From the NCBI RefSeq assembly GCF_009914755.1, contig NC_060927.1: DNA of 64,000 nt; one strand, given 5' to 3'. This document shows positions 1 through 11,971 of this stretch, piece after piece. The position numbers and the translations under genes are program-made. This DNA is from the human T2T-CHM13v2.0 reference genome, Homo sapiens. The notes below the pieces were generated by a model that was not told where the DNA came from, did not search any database, and worked only from the letters and a program-made list of their open reading frames with translations. Within the stretch, counting starts at the first letter, position 1. Every line of letters begins with the position of its first letter.

Positions 1-305
1 TCTAAATCTCATTTAATATCCTTAAGTTTTGATGAAACTAGAAGGCAGGATTTTTACATAAGAACATTTGAATTTTTGTAATTATGAAGCATGCATTACT
101 GGGAGTTTGCTGCATTTTACATAAGAACTTTTTAATTAATGAGAATTCCTCAGGAATGAAAAAACAGCTGTCAATAATAATTTTCTTAAAACTAATGTCT
201 TCTAAGATATGTCATAGATTTAGAATATATTCAACAGAGTACACTGCACTTTACTTTCTATAAATCTGTGCAGTGAGTTTCTGTGTTTGGAATGATTACA
301 CTAGA

Positions 306-513
306 CAAGGGGTTGGCAAATGTTTTCTGTAAAGGACCAGGTAGTAATTTTTTTTTCTTTGTTTCACCAGCCATGCAGCCTCTGTCACACCTATCTACTC
401 TGATATTGAAAACAGCCGTAGACAATAAGTAAGCAAATTCTTGTACTTGTGTCCTAAAAAACATTATGAGAACAGGTGGATTTGGCCCACAGGATATAGT
501 TTTTCAACCCCTA
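306..513 (+). mobile_element. MER58A hAT-Charlie MITE
   Basis: Termini caaggggttggcaaa ... tttttcaaccccta. Internal ctgtaaaggaccag and cagccgtagacaata match the MER58A consensus as recalled. Confidence 0.8.
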
Positions 514-1839
514 CAGCTGGATTATGTTAAGAGGTAAATGTGGAGTAAATTATACTTACAAAGGCAAAATAAATTAGTTTTGGTAGAAACTAGAGTATAA
601 ACAACTGCCAAACAATGCAAACACACATACTTAGATACTATTTTCACAGAGAAAAGGAAACTATAAATCCTTACCAAATCTTTCAGAGCTAATGTGGGGG
701 TGGAGAGTGAGAAAATGCTCTGTTAACTTGTAACCTTAAGAAATATATAATTAACCAGGACATGATATTACTCAAATAGTCATATTATTCACAATTTTCT
801 GTAAAGATCGTAGCAACAAAAGACTGTAGGATGACTTCTTCTCCACTATGGAGAGAATCAAGTGATGACTTCAGTAAGTGAACTGGAAACATAACCCACC
901 TTAGTTTTCCAGCGGAAGTAGGGCAACGAGAAAGTCAGCCAGGAGCTGATGGAAACACCTATAGTCAAAATAATGTCTGTTATACTGTAAAAGCTCTTAG
1001 TCTTTTGATTTGTGCATTGATCAAAGACCATTTCAGGGTTGAAACTGTTGAATCCTAAGTGGATAGGTAAAGAGCTTCAGGTTCCCTGGTAATTTGGAGA
1101 TTCCTTCCCTCAGAGGACATAGTAATTAGCCAGGAGGATACTCAGCCAAACCTAGTATGCTATTGTGGGTCTCTTAACAATGTCTAACTCAATGGCCTTC
1201 ACCACTCATGACACCAAATGCACACACAAGAAAATGGATTTCTCTAGCAAATAAGATGTTAAAATATTAGCTTGGTCTTAACAGATGGTCCTCCAAGTTT
1301 AATCTGGTTTGATAATTTCAGAAGACATAAATTTTTGTTTGATCAGAATTGATTATCAGAGCACACTCCTGGTTAAATATTCTGGATTTGAAAAAGAAAT
1401 TTAGTTTCACTCAGGGGTTCAGCAAGCTGGTGTCTGGTTTGTTGTTGTGATGGTGGTAGTGGTTTTCTTGTGGGGTTCGGTTTAAGACCCACCTATTAAG
1501 CTCTTTACCATCTCCTTCTTTCTTCCTCATTCTAGAAGTATTTCTCCTCCAGAGCAGAAGGTGTTTAAACAACACGTGCTAATGAGCTAGAAAGAAGCAT
1601 CTATTAATTTGGTAACGGACAAGCAGTAGTTACATATTTCGGCCTGAGAATTGGATGTTGCTTTAGAGGCGATGAAGAATCTCTAAGGAAGTTTCTTAGA
1701 TTTAAACCTCCCTTACAATTTCTGGCTTCATGTTAAATATGTAACAGTTTCCCTCTCATACCATTTTGTGGAAATTGGTAATGTAGATGGCCATTTACAA
1801 AATGGGAACTGGGGTGAATACACACATGACTTTGCCTGG

Positions 1840-2030
1840 GACATCTCACATTTCTATGCCAATTATTTTATTAAATTCTCACAATATCCCTTGGAGAGTT
1901 TACCTTTGGTTTTCACTTTATAGATGAGGAAACTTAGTATAAGAGAACTGGAGTTACATGGATTGTAAATAGCAAAACCTAGATCTTAACCTATGAGAAT
2001 GATTCTAAAAGAATGTTCAACCACAATGCT
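1840..2030 (-). mobile_element. MIR SINE fragment
   Basis: MIR core in antisense: attctcacaatatcc...tttatagatgaggaaact. Confidence 0.6.
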
Positions 2031-2369
2031 CCATTTCTCAATTAAAAGCTACAGTATACTGCAAAGTGCCAGGGAATTGTTCATCTCTTCTGTTTGGGAG
2101 AAATTGTATTTGGAGAGTAGGTAAGAGACAAAGTTAGAAAGAAAGGTGGAAGCTGCATAAATATAATTTTATAAGCAATATTAAAATTTCTACATCTTTA
2201 TTCTCCTTAGTTGGCTTAGTCTGGGATATGACATGAAGTTAAAACGTGCATTTCTAGAGGGGGTTGTGCACATATGTATACATCCAGGTCTGTAGGTGAA
2301 GAAGAAACTGTGAAGAAACTAGCAAGAGACAAGGTGGTATTTGCCATTAAGTTTACAATGAGGACCGTA

Positions 2370-2490
2370 ATGTGTTCCAGTTAATACCTGTTGTAGATCA
2401 AATACTATGTCTTCATTATTTTAGTGCCTTTTCCCCCTTTCACTCTCAAACATTTCCCAGTTTGGGCAATAAATTGTATTGCAGTCGTAT
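2370..2490 (-). mobile_element. MER94-like hAT-Blackjack MITE
   Basis: ccccctttcactctcaaacatttcccagtttgggcaataaatt matches the reverse complement of MER94. Confidence 0.55.
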
Positions 2491-4759
2491 CTATAATAAA
2501 ATATTCAAATAATTTCATTTTTGTTTAAGTGCTTTTGAGGCTTTATTGAAATCTTAATGTATCCTTAAATATTTCTTGGAATATTTTATTTCTAGGAAAA
2601 CAGACTTGATCATTCCTTCAGATATTTGTTGAAAGCACTGAAACAGCCACTGAAGGGTGGGAATGAATCCACAAATGAAGGTGACAGCCTATGAGCAAAA
2701 GCGATAATGACGAGATGATTATAACAGAGGTAGGTAGAGCCATTTCCGGAAAGAAGAGGTTTGATCAAGGATAGGAGCTTTGTCCTGGACATAAAATATG
2801 TGAACAAGAGTTTATGTGGTGGTCGTTGTAGCCGAAGAATATTGTAGAAAAACAAGTGAGCAAAAACATACAAGCCCTCAGCAAACTGAAGGCTATCATG
2901 GGCCAGAGTAAGGGGCCAGCTCTTTCTGCCTCCAACGCCGAGCGGCAAGAGGATAGAGAGAGGGGAAAAAAGCAGCAGGAACTTCTTTCAGTTTCTCTGG
3001 TCATACATAAGGACTCTCCTTTCTTGGAGTTTTGGATACCTGACCAGCCACCACTGCAATTGTCACCACCACTGCCATAGAATTTCCTGGGAGATAGAAC
3101 AGTAGAAAACATAAATTCTCTTTGATCCCATGAGGCCCCCTTTCTCCTTCTTTAGACTAAAATTAAGTGGGTTTTCTTGGAGTTCATTTTGTCTGTACCT
3201 GATGTATAGTTCCTGTTTTCCAGCTGTCTCGGTCCTGCAGCAGGAGATGCCAGAGGGGAAAAGTGGTTCAGTAGTACTTCAGGTTCTGGTTTCTTTCGTT
3301 AATCTACCTGCTGCTACTTACTTTACAGGCTCCTCAGAGAAATGCTACATACATTCCATCCAGGGTTTTAACTTCCTTCATAGAGAGAGACAGAGTGGAA
3401 TATGTTTACTCCACCTTGACTAGACATCCCAGAAAGGACGGGATATCCCAGAAAGGATGTCTTCATTACTGTAAGAAGATTGGCTTCATGACTAAAAGTA
3501 TCCAGAAACTTTTTATCTGAAACTTGAGAAAGTCATTGGACCCATCTTAGATTTCACCCGAGAGCTGGGGGAGAAAAGAATAAAGTTGTTTTATGAAGTG
3601 TCTTTCAACTTAATGCTTCCATATGGTTAAATTTTTAAAAGGAATATTTACAAGTATTTCACCTTAGTAATCAATTCTACAGAGCCAGCAGGAAAAAAAA
3701 AAAGTCAGTCTGAAAATACTTGAAATGCTTAATTATTTTTCAGAGTAGACAGTAAGGAAGAAAAGGCCCCAGATCCTAACTTTGGCTCTCCGCTTCACTG
3801 AATTACCAAAATAAGGGAAGTCTTCAGCCATGGCTTCAGATCAGGACAAGAAGGGAACTTCATCATGCCCGTGTTATTGTTGGGGGATTGATCCAAAAAG
3901 AAAAGACCTAAGTTTCAGCTGGTCCCAAACCATGGAGAATTTTACCCACACAAAGCCCCCATTTGCCAATGCAAATCTGGTAATTGGACACTTAATTACC
4001 CTATTTGCACACATAAATGAGGGGTGTTCCTGCAAGAAATCAGAGTCCACTCTTACAACTTTGGCCGCAAGCAATGAAACCACATGCTTTTGTCAACAGT
4101 TAAGTTGATTAGAATTGTGTTTATTTCTGCTCGTGTTAGGCCACATGTATTTTCATTGGAGCCTGATGTCTATTGAGTTAAAAGCTTAGTTTAAAAAACC
4201 TATGTTATGCAGAAAACCTAGATAGTAATTGCCAACTATGTGCCAAGAATCCTTTCATCATGTAGAGAATACAAGGTCTGAATAAAAAGAAATATTCTTT
4301 GCAACCTCATATGCTTGGGCAGACTCAGCAGTCTTATCGTCATAATAAAGACAGAAGGGCCTTTTAAAAGAATACTTTCAGCAAAATTTCCAGCATGGAT
4401 TACTCTTTTGGGTAAATGGCTCAAACATTGAATTTTCCCATTTCCCTAGGGCAGGTAAAGGAGTGAATTTTCTCTGAATATCTTCTAGCTAGACAGTGTC
4501 CTAACAATGTCCTTAGGGGGAAAAACGTTCTTTCATTTGGAAGCATGTATTGTGAGTAGGCCCATCTGGGTTTCCTCCCTGTGAATAGAAACACCAAGAT
4601 TTGGCCGTTTTCTGATCTTTGATTATATGCAGGCCTGAGTTCTAGTCCTGGCTCTAACTCAAACTGTGTACTATTGGGGACAGATTCAGTTCCTTACAAG
4701 TGCTGAAAAAAAAATGGTGAAGGGAAAGCTTGCCAGGGAGAATCAAGCAGTAAGTCTGG

Positions 4760-5020
4760 GAAATGGAGGCAGGCACGGGAGGCCTCTAAGGTAGCAATGG
4801 TGGAGGAAGATGAGCAGTAAGGAATGATCATTAGATTTGGTGATTTGAAGGTCAATAGTAACTTTTTTCTGTCTTGGTCACTAGGTGCTTAATAAATATA
4901 TTTTGAGTGAATGACTTAATTATCAGCACAATTTGTTGAGCACCCCTTGCCCAGGAAGCACCATGCAAGGAGTCCAGAGTACTCAGAAAAAGAAAATGGG
5001 CTCCTGCCTACAAGAGAGTT
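4760..5020. mobile_element. L2 fragments
   Basis: cattagatttggtgatttgaaggtca, taggtgcttaataaatat...gaatga and atttgttgagcacc are L2 3' motifs, present in both orientations. Confidence 0.45.
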
Positions 5021-5470
5021 GTGAGAGTACTCGCCAAAGAGTAAAAACTAGCCAAGGTGAAACAACTGAGCAAGACAGTCAAAGATGTAATGTGAAATGA
5101 GGGAGCAAGATGAGTTCTTACATAGTGATAGGATGCCTAGTGTGTATTGCATTCCATAGAGGGGCTCCCCTCCCTCCTGAAGTACAGGGGAACAAACTAT
5201 GGAAAGACGGAAGCTGGCTTGTCTTTACCACTGCTGTGATCACCTAAGGTTCAGTAGATGCCAACCAGTGCAGAAAAGCTGTGCACCCGGGGAGGCCCCA
5301 CCCCAACACGGTGAAAACCAGAGGACTCTGGAACCAGGCCTGGATTCTGGCGGCCCAGAGGTAGAGTACTTGATTTCATCACTTCTTTGTCTCTCTGCAT
5401 TATGGGGCATCAGGACTCTCTTACTTGGGCTCCATCTTCTTTCATTATTTCTCATGTGGACATGTGGGAT

Positions 5471-5510
5471 ACACACACACACAGACACACACACACACAC
5501 ACTCTATATA
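5471..5510. repeat. (CA)n microsatellite
   Basis: Read directly: CA run with one GA interruption. Confidence 0.9.
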
Positions 5511-6034
5511 TAATAAATATAATAAATGCTATATTATTATTGTTTTATTTCCAAGGCAAATATTCAAAAGAAATTCTACTAATGTGTTATGTGTGAAAAC
5601 GGTTATGTGTGAAAACTGTTAGTTTGAGAACAGAAACAGAAGTACGGGCCCTGTCTGTCACATCCATCACTATAATCAACTTCCTCACCATCCCATCCCT
5701 CAATAAGACATGTTTTAAAATCTTCATCATGATTTTTTTCCTTCTTTCCTCCTTCAATTCTCTTTCTTCCTTTCTTTCTCTCTCTTTCTTTCTTTTCTTT
5801 TGAGAAGCTGCAAGTGCTATTGTGATGGGCTTGACCGGAAATTACTGAAAAGTGACTCTTTTAGTTGAACATAGAAGTAACAGTGCTTAAAGATGTTTTA
5901 TCAGTGGCTAAACACTCTGACCAAACTTTAGAGGTCAGGGGGTTAAGAAAAATATTTTTTCACTTTTACAAACCTGTGAACTTCAGCTGTGTCCTGTTGG
6001 TTTAGAAGCGGAAGAGAGGAGAAGAAATTACCTT

Positions 6035-6195
6035 TAGTAAGTGTTGACTAGATTTCAGGCTCATTAACCAAATTATCTCAGTTAACTCTCTCTGCCACCT
6101 TCAGGTAGGTATTAATATTTACTTTATAGATGAAGAAGAGTGTTGTTTAGAGAAGATTGGCAACTTGCATAGGATTACCTAGGGAAGGAAAAAAA
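6035..6195 (-). mobile_element. MIR SINE fragment
   Basis: aggtaggtattaatatttactttatagatgaagaa...tttagagaagattggcaacttgc. Confidence 0.6.
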
Positions 6196-6239
6196 TCAGA
6201 AGGCGTGTTCTATGACCTTAAAACACATCCAAAATATTG

Positions 6240-6383
6240 GTGTTTTTTCAAGCTGTGGGTCAATAAGTCAATTTAATGTATCATGACTAGAGATTTTTAA
6301 TTAAAAAACAGACTAAAATATATTTGAAAATATCCAAGTACCATTTCCTAAAGCTTTTGCTTTATCTAGTGTACGTGTGTGTG

Positions 6384-6425
<42 letters not shown>

Positions 6426-6482
6426 ACGTTATGATGAAAAATGTATTTCTCCCTGAGTTGTAGTCAAGTTTGAAAGCCACTG
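6240..6482 (+). mobile_element. Charlie4z-like hAT DNA transposon with an expanded (GT)n
   Basis: aagtcaatttaatg... and 3' terminus aaaatgtatttct...gtttgaaagccactg. Confidence 0.55.
6369..6424. repeat. (GT)n microsatellite, 56 bp of alternating purine-pyrimidine
   Basis: Read directly. Confidence 0.95.
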
Positions 6483-6538
6483 CAATTGCCCATACTGGTG
6501 CTATACAGTAAGAAAAAAAATGTCTAGTTAATTGTCAT

Positions 6539-6670
6539 TAGGGTAATTACATAATTTATAATCCAAACAAGAACACTTCGGAAAATGAAGGAAATTTTAT
6601 CATTAACTACAGGAGGTTAGCAGACTTAACAGGGATTGTTCTGGGAAAAGTTAAATGAGCATTCACCCCA
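6539..6670 (+). mobile_element. MER94-like hAT-Blackjack MITE
   Basis: tagggtaattacataatttataatccaaac...cattcacccca resembles the TAGGGTGACC...GGTCACCCTA termini. Confidence 0.5.
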
Positions 6671-6678
6671 ATAAACAT

Positions 6679-7024
6679 TGCTATGGTCTGAATGTTTGTG
6701 TTCCTCCAAAATTCATATGTTGAAGATTAATCCCCAATGTGTTAGTATTAAGAAGTAGGGTCTTTGGGGAGGTGATTAAGTCATGAGAGTGGAGCCCTCA
6801 CAAATAATATTAGTGCCCTTGTAAAAGAGGGCTGGGGGAGTTTGTTTGCTCCTTCCACCATGTGAAGATATAGCAAGAAGGATGGAGCCCTCGCCAGCCA
6901 AACCCCACCACAGCCTTGATCTTGGACTTTCCAGCCCCCAGAACTGTGAGAAATAAATTCCTGTTGTTTATAAATTACCCAGTCTAAGGTATTTTAGTTA
7001 TAGAAGCCCAAAAGGACGGAGACA
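6679..7024 (+). mobile_element. MaLR solo LTR (MLT1A0/MSTD-like)
   Basis: Starts tgctatggtctgaatgtttgtg; contains cagaactgtgagaaataaatt poly(A) region; ends gagaca. Confidence 0.85.
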
Positions 7025-7764
7025 ATCACCCACATCCCATCCCCATATCTTACATTTTAGCAACAAAATGACTGGTAAAAATAGAGAATACATTTAGGAG
7101 AGAATGTGTGACATATTTTGTACTCAGGGAGGTAAAACAACTATTTCAGGTTACAGATACATGTTTTTTCCCCAGCACACTATTAAAGTTCTAAATCATT
7201 GTATAATGGTGCAAAGAATATATTCTTTCTCCTATTCAGAGACTGCAATGTTTGTCAGCACAATCTGGCATTATTAATGCTTTGTTAGTAATTAAACTAT
7301 GAAAATATCGAATAAATACCCATAATGTAAAATGACAACTTTCTTGTAACAGGGGCATATAGGGTATCACAGTTTTGTGCTTGTAACTAATTCTATGCAA
7401 TACCTATTGCATTTTTATGGATAACAGCAAAAGCATTGTAAGTTTAACTTCACCCGTTTATCTTCACTACATTTTACAACATGTGTGTGATATCAGTATA
7501 AAGGCTGACATTCTAAAGTAAATGGCTGGATAGCAATACATGGAGGATCAAAGATCATATGACTTATACTATGTGAAAATATGAATGTTCCATCTGCAGA
7601 CAGTGCTTAGTGACTTTTGGAGAATGTGTGGTCTTTCATCATTCCCTGCTCCTCTTCTGCTCACCATTGATACCTGCAGGAAAAGAATAAAAAATGTCAA
7701 GTTATTGGGAGTACCCAGCTTTTTTGCTACCATATTCCATCCGGGTTTTTTTTCCTGTAATTTG

Positions 7765-8600
7765 TTCATTTAATAGATGTAATTATGATCTATATGCTAG
7801 TTACTGTGCTAAAACACTAGGAATAGAAAAATGAATTAGAATTTTTCTCAGCCCTTGAAGGTTGTATAGTCCAGAGAGAGAGGAGGAGAAAGAGAGAGAG
7901 AGAGAACAGATAAAACACCACACAATATGACAAAAGCTATAAGAAATGAGCAGAATTCTGTGGACACTCAGATTGCTAAAGAGACTCTGCTGTGGACTGA
8001 ATGTGTCTACTCCAAAATTCATATGTTGAAACTTATCCCCAATTTGATGATACTTGAAGGTGGGGCCTTTGGGAAGTAATTAGGTCATGAGAGTGGAACC
8101 CTCATGAATGGGATTAGTGCCCTTACGAAAATAAGAGACATGAGCTCTTTCTTTCTGCTCTGTGCCATGTGAGGCTACAACAAGAAGGTGGCCATCTACA
8201 AACCAGGAAGTGGGTCCTCATCAGACACCAAATCTGCCGGAACTTTTATCTTGGGACTTTCTCACCTCCAAAACTGTGAGAAATAAATGTTTGTCATTTA
8301 AGCCATCCAGTCTATGGTAATTTATTATTGCAGCCCACACTAAGACAGACCACCTCTGCCTAGGGAAGTCAAGAAGGCACAGAAAGAAAGAGAGAGAGAG
8401 AAAGGGGAGGTGGGGTGGGGGTTGGGCAAAGAGAATGTATTGTTTCTAGCAGAGGAAAAAACATGTGCATGGCCTGGAGTCCTGAAATGATAAGGTATGT
8501 TCTGAGACTGGTATAGCTTCTTACAGAGGAGTACTGGAAGTGAGGTTTAGAATACAAAGTGGTGCTAGATTGTGAAAAGTTATGTTACAAAGCCCATGTG
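7765..8600 (-). mobile_element. L2 fragment interrupted by an MLT1A LTR
   Basis: ttcatttaatagatg...ctgtgctaaaacactagg on the left; agcagaggaaaaaacatgtgcatggcctggag on the right. Confidence 0.55.
7988..8347 (+). mobile_element. MaLR solo LTR (MLT1A group)
   Basis: tgctgtggactgaatgtg...ggtggggcctttgggaagtaattagg...ctaagaca; TG...CA termini. Confidence 0.85.
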
Positions 8601-8789
8601 TATTGCACAGATAGAAGTCAGATAATAGATAATGTCAAGTGTGGGAGGAAAATAATCGAGATTAATTTTTATCTTTAATAGAAAGAGAACTTCATAGGAG
8701 GATGGTTGATGGGCTGTAATTGTAAGAGTCTGTGATATTATGTCCAGCAGGAGATGAGAGCTACAGCAGGTTAAAAATAGCTAGGTAGA

Positions 8790-8985
8790 GAAGAAGGTCC
8801 ATTCCTCTCTCCTTGAATCACTGACTGCTTTGACAAATGGATTACAACCAAAGTGTCACTGTACCTAATTCAGACCTAGCCATTAAGAGGACTGGAATCT
8901 TCTGCCTTTGACTATTGAAATTCTCAATCGCCACATAAGAAATCCAACTACATTGCATGGAGAAGCCACAAGTCCACAGTCCACA
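8790..8985 (+). mobile_element. MLT1F/G/H-type MaLR LTR fragment
   Basis: ccttgaatc...gctttgacaaatgg...taagaggactgg...gccacataagaaatccaactac. Confidence 0.55.
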
Positions 8986-9875
8986 AGTATTGATAAATTA
9001 CAATTAATTAAATGTCATAGCTTGCTCAGATTTTCTTAGTTTTTACCTAATGTCCTTTTTCTGTCCCAAGTTCCCATCCAGGATACCAGATGACATTTAG
9101 TTGTCATGCACCTTAGGCTCCTCTTAGCTATGACAGTTCCTCAGGCTTTCCCTGTTTTTGATGACCTGACAGTGTTGAAGAGCACTGGTCAGGTACATTG
9201 TAGGAATGCCTCTATATTAGAATTTGGTATTTTCTCATGATTAGACTGGGATATGAATTTTTGGGAGAAAGATCACAGAGGTAAAGTCTTTGATCCACTT
9301 TGAGTTAACTTTTGTATGTGGTGTGAGGTAGGGACTCAATTTCATTCTTTTCCCATGGATATACAGTTGCCCCAGCACCATTTGTGACAAAAACTTTGTT
9401 TTACCTTTTTAAATATTTTTTTTTGAGAGGAGGAGGAGTATTCTGGATGATTTACATTTTTATGTGAATTTTGGGGTCACCTCGTCAATTTTGGCAAAAT
9501 TAGTTAGGATTTTTATGGAAATGGTGTTGAATCTGTAGGTCACTTTGGGGAGTATTGCAATAGTAATAATATTAAGTCTTTCAATCCTTGAACACAAGAT
9601 GTCTTTCCATTTATTTAGGCCTTCTTAAGTTTCTTTCAAAATGTTTTCTTAATTTTATTTTCTGATTGTTCATGCCACGTATATAGAAGTACAATTAATT
9701 TTGTATGTTGATCTTGTGTCTTTCAATTTTGCTGAACTTTATTCATTATAATAGTTTTAGTGAAATCCTTAGGATTTTTCATATTCAAGATTATGTCATC
9801 TGCAATTATAGTTTCACTAATTTCTTTCTAGATGCCTTTTATTTCATTTTCCTTCCTAATTTCCCTGACTAGAAA

Positions 9876-11132
9876 TGTAACTGCCCAATGGTCAGAGGCG
9901 TTTGAACCAGAGCAACTCCATCTTGAATATGGTCTGAGTGAAATGAGGCTGAGATCTACTGGGCTGAATCCCTAGACAGGCATTCTAAGTCACAGGATGA
10001 GATAGGAGGTTGGCACAAGATATGGGTCATAAAGACCTTGCTGATAAAACAGGTTGCAGTAAAGAAGCCAGCTAAGACCCATCAAAACCAAGATGGTGAT
10101 GAGAGTGACCTCTGGTCATCCTCACTGCTACACTCCCACCAGCACCATGACAGTTTACAAATGCCATGGCAATGTCAGGAAGTTACCCTATATGGTCTAA
10201 AAAGGAAAGACATGAATAATCCACCCCCTTTAAAGCACATAATCAAGAAATAACCATAAAAATGGGCCACCAGCAACCCTTGGTGCTGCTCTGTCTATGG
10301 AGTAGACATTCTTTTATTCCTTTATTTTCTTAATAAACTTGCTTTCACTTTACAAACTCAACCTGAATTCTTTCTTGTGCGAGATCCAAGAACCCTCTCT
10401 TGGGGTCTGGATCTGGTCCCCTTTCCAATAACACAATGAGTTCATTTTTGCCTACTGCCCAGATGGAGCCTACTTACCAAGGCAGGGGAATTGCAATAGA
10501 GAAAGAGTTTAATTCAAACAGTGCTGGCTGAACAGGAGACTAGAGTTTTATTATTATTCAGATCAACCTTTCTGAAAATTGAAAATCAACCTTTCTGAAA
10601 TGGCTAGTTTGGTGGGCAAGTGAATAGGTGCTGCTGATTGGCTGGGGGTGCAATCATAAGGATATGGAAAATAGTTCTCATGTGCTGAGTCCACTTCTGG
10701 GTGGGACCACAGGGCTGGCTCAAGTGGAGCTACTGGTGGTCATAAATGCAAAAACTGGAAATGACATCTCAAAAGGCTAATCTTAGGTTCTGCAATAGCG
10801 ATGTTATCTGCAGGGATAATTGGGGAAGTTGCAAATCTTGTGACCTCTGGAATAAAGGCTGCTAATTTTTTATATCTACACCTTAGCAGAATTCCGGCTA
10901 CTGTCATACTTCTAACCTGATGGTCTTTTATTAGCTTTACAAAGGTGGTTTAGTTTGGGGGAAGGGCCATTATTATTTAAACTATAAACTAAATTTCTCC
11001 CAAAGTTAGCTTGGCCCAAGCCCAGAAAAGCCTGAAAACAGTTTGGAGGTTAAAGGCCGGAGACTTGGTTAGATCAGATCTCTTTCATGACATAATTTTC
11101 TCACTATTACAAATTTTGCAAAGGTGGTTTCA
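9876..11132 (-). mobile_element. LTR8/LTR8A ERV1 solo LTR, interrupted by MER41A
   Basis: tgtaactgcccaat...gcaaaggtggtttca; 4-bp TSD GAAA at 9872-9875 and 11133-11136. Confidence 0.85.
9890..10433 (+). mobile_element. MER41A ERV1 solo LTR
   Basis: gtcagaggcgtttgaaccagagcaactccatcttg...ccctttccaataaca; 4-bp TSD CAAT at 9886-9889 and 10434-10437. Confidence 0.9.
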
Positions 11133-11588
11133 GAAACTCCAGTAAAATTTTAATAGAAGGGATGACAGCACATACTGTTGTCTTGCTCCTGATTTTAGCA
11201 GAAAGCCATTCAGTTTCTTGCTGTCAAGTATGATATTATTGTGAATTTTTGTAGATCTAAATTATTAGATTCAGAAAGTTTCTTTCTACTCTTAGTTTGT
11301 TGTATTTTTATCATGAAGTGGTACAAGTTTTGTCAAATACTTTTGCTGTAATCTGATGATTATGTGGTTTTAGTACTTTATTGTATTAATATGTTTATTA
11401 CATTATTGATTATCAGATGCTAATTCAAACTTACATTGTTGGGATAAATCTCACTTAGTCATGGTATGTAATGTTTTTATATGTTGCAGGATTAGGTTTG
11501 CTAGTATTGTGTTGAGGATTTTTGCCATGTATGTTTATAAGAGATGTTGGTCTGTAATTTTATTTTCTTGTGATGTCTTAACATGTTG

Positions 11589-11971
11589 TTTTTTTTTTAA
11601 TACTTTAAGTTCTGGGGTACATGTGCACAATGTGCAGGTTTGTTACACACGTATACATGTGCCATGTTGGTTTGCTGCACCCATTAACTCATCATTTACA
11701 TTAGGTATTTCTCCTAATGCTATCCTTCCCCCACCCCCCTCACCCCATGACAGGCCCTGGTGTGTGAAGTTCCCTGCCCTGTGTCCAAGTGTTCTCATTG
11801 TTCAATTCCCACCTATGAGTGAGAACATGTGGTGTTTGGTTTTCTGTCCTTGCAATAGTTTGCTCAGAATGATGGTTTCCAGTTTCATCCATGTCACTAC
11901 AAAGGACATGAACTCATCCTTTTTTATGGCTGCATAGTATTCCATGGTGTATATGTGCCACATTTTCTTAA
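11589..11971 (-). mobile_element. 5'-truncated L1PA (about L1PA5-7) 3' end
   Basis: Poly-T then tactttaagttctggggtacatgtgcacaatgtgcagg; flanks tcttaac(a/c)tgtt look like a TSD. Confidence 0.9.

Noticed and set aside
242-275. 8-bp inverted repeat cactgcac / gtgcagtg
   Set aside because: Short stem with an 18-nt loop; chance level in 64 kb.
862-949. GTGATGA ... CTGA spaced like a C/D-box snoRNA
   Set aside because: The terminal stem is only about 3 bp, there are no clear C'/D' boxes and I recognise no rRNA/snRNA antisense element. This is expected by chance.
11461-11937. 158-aa ORF
   Set aside because: Antisense read-through of an L1M/L1PA 3' UTR; a common spurious ORF.
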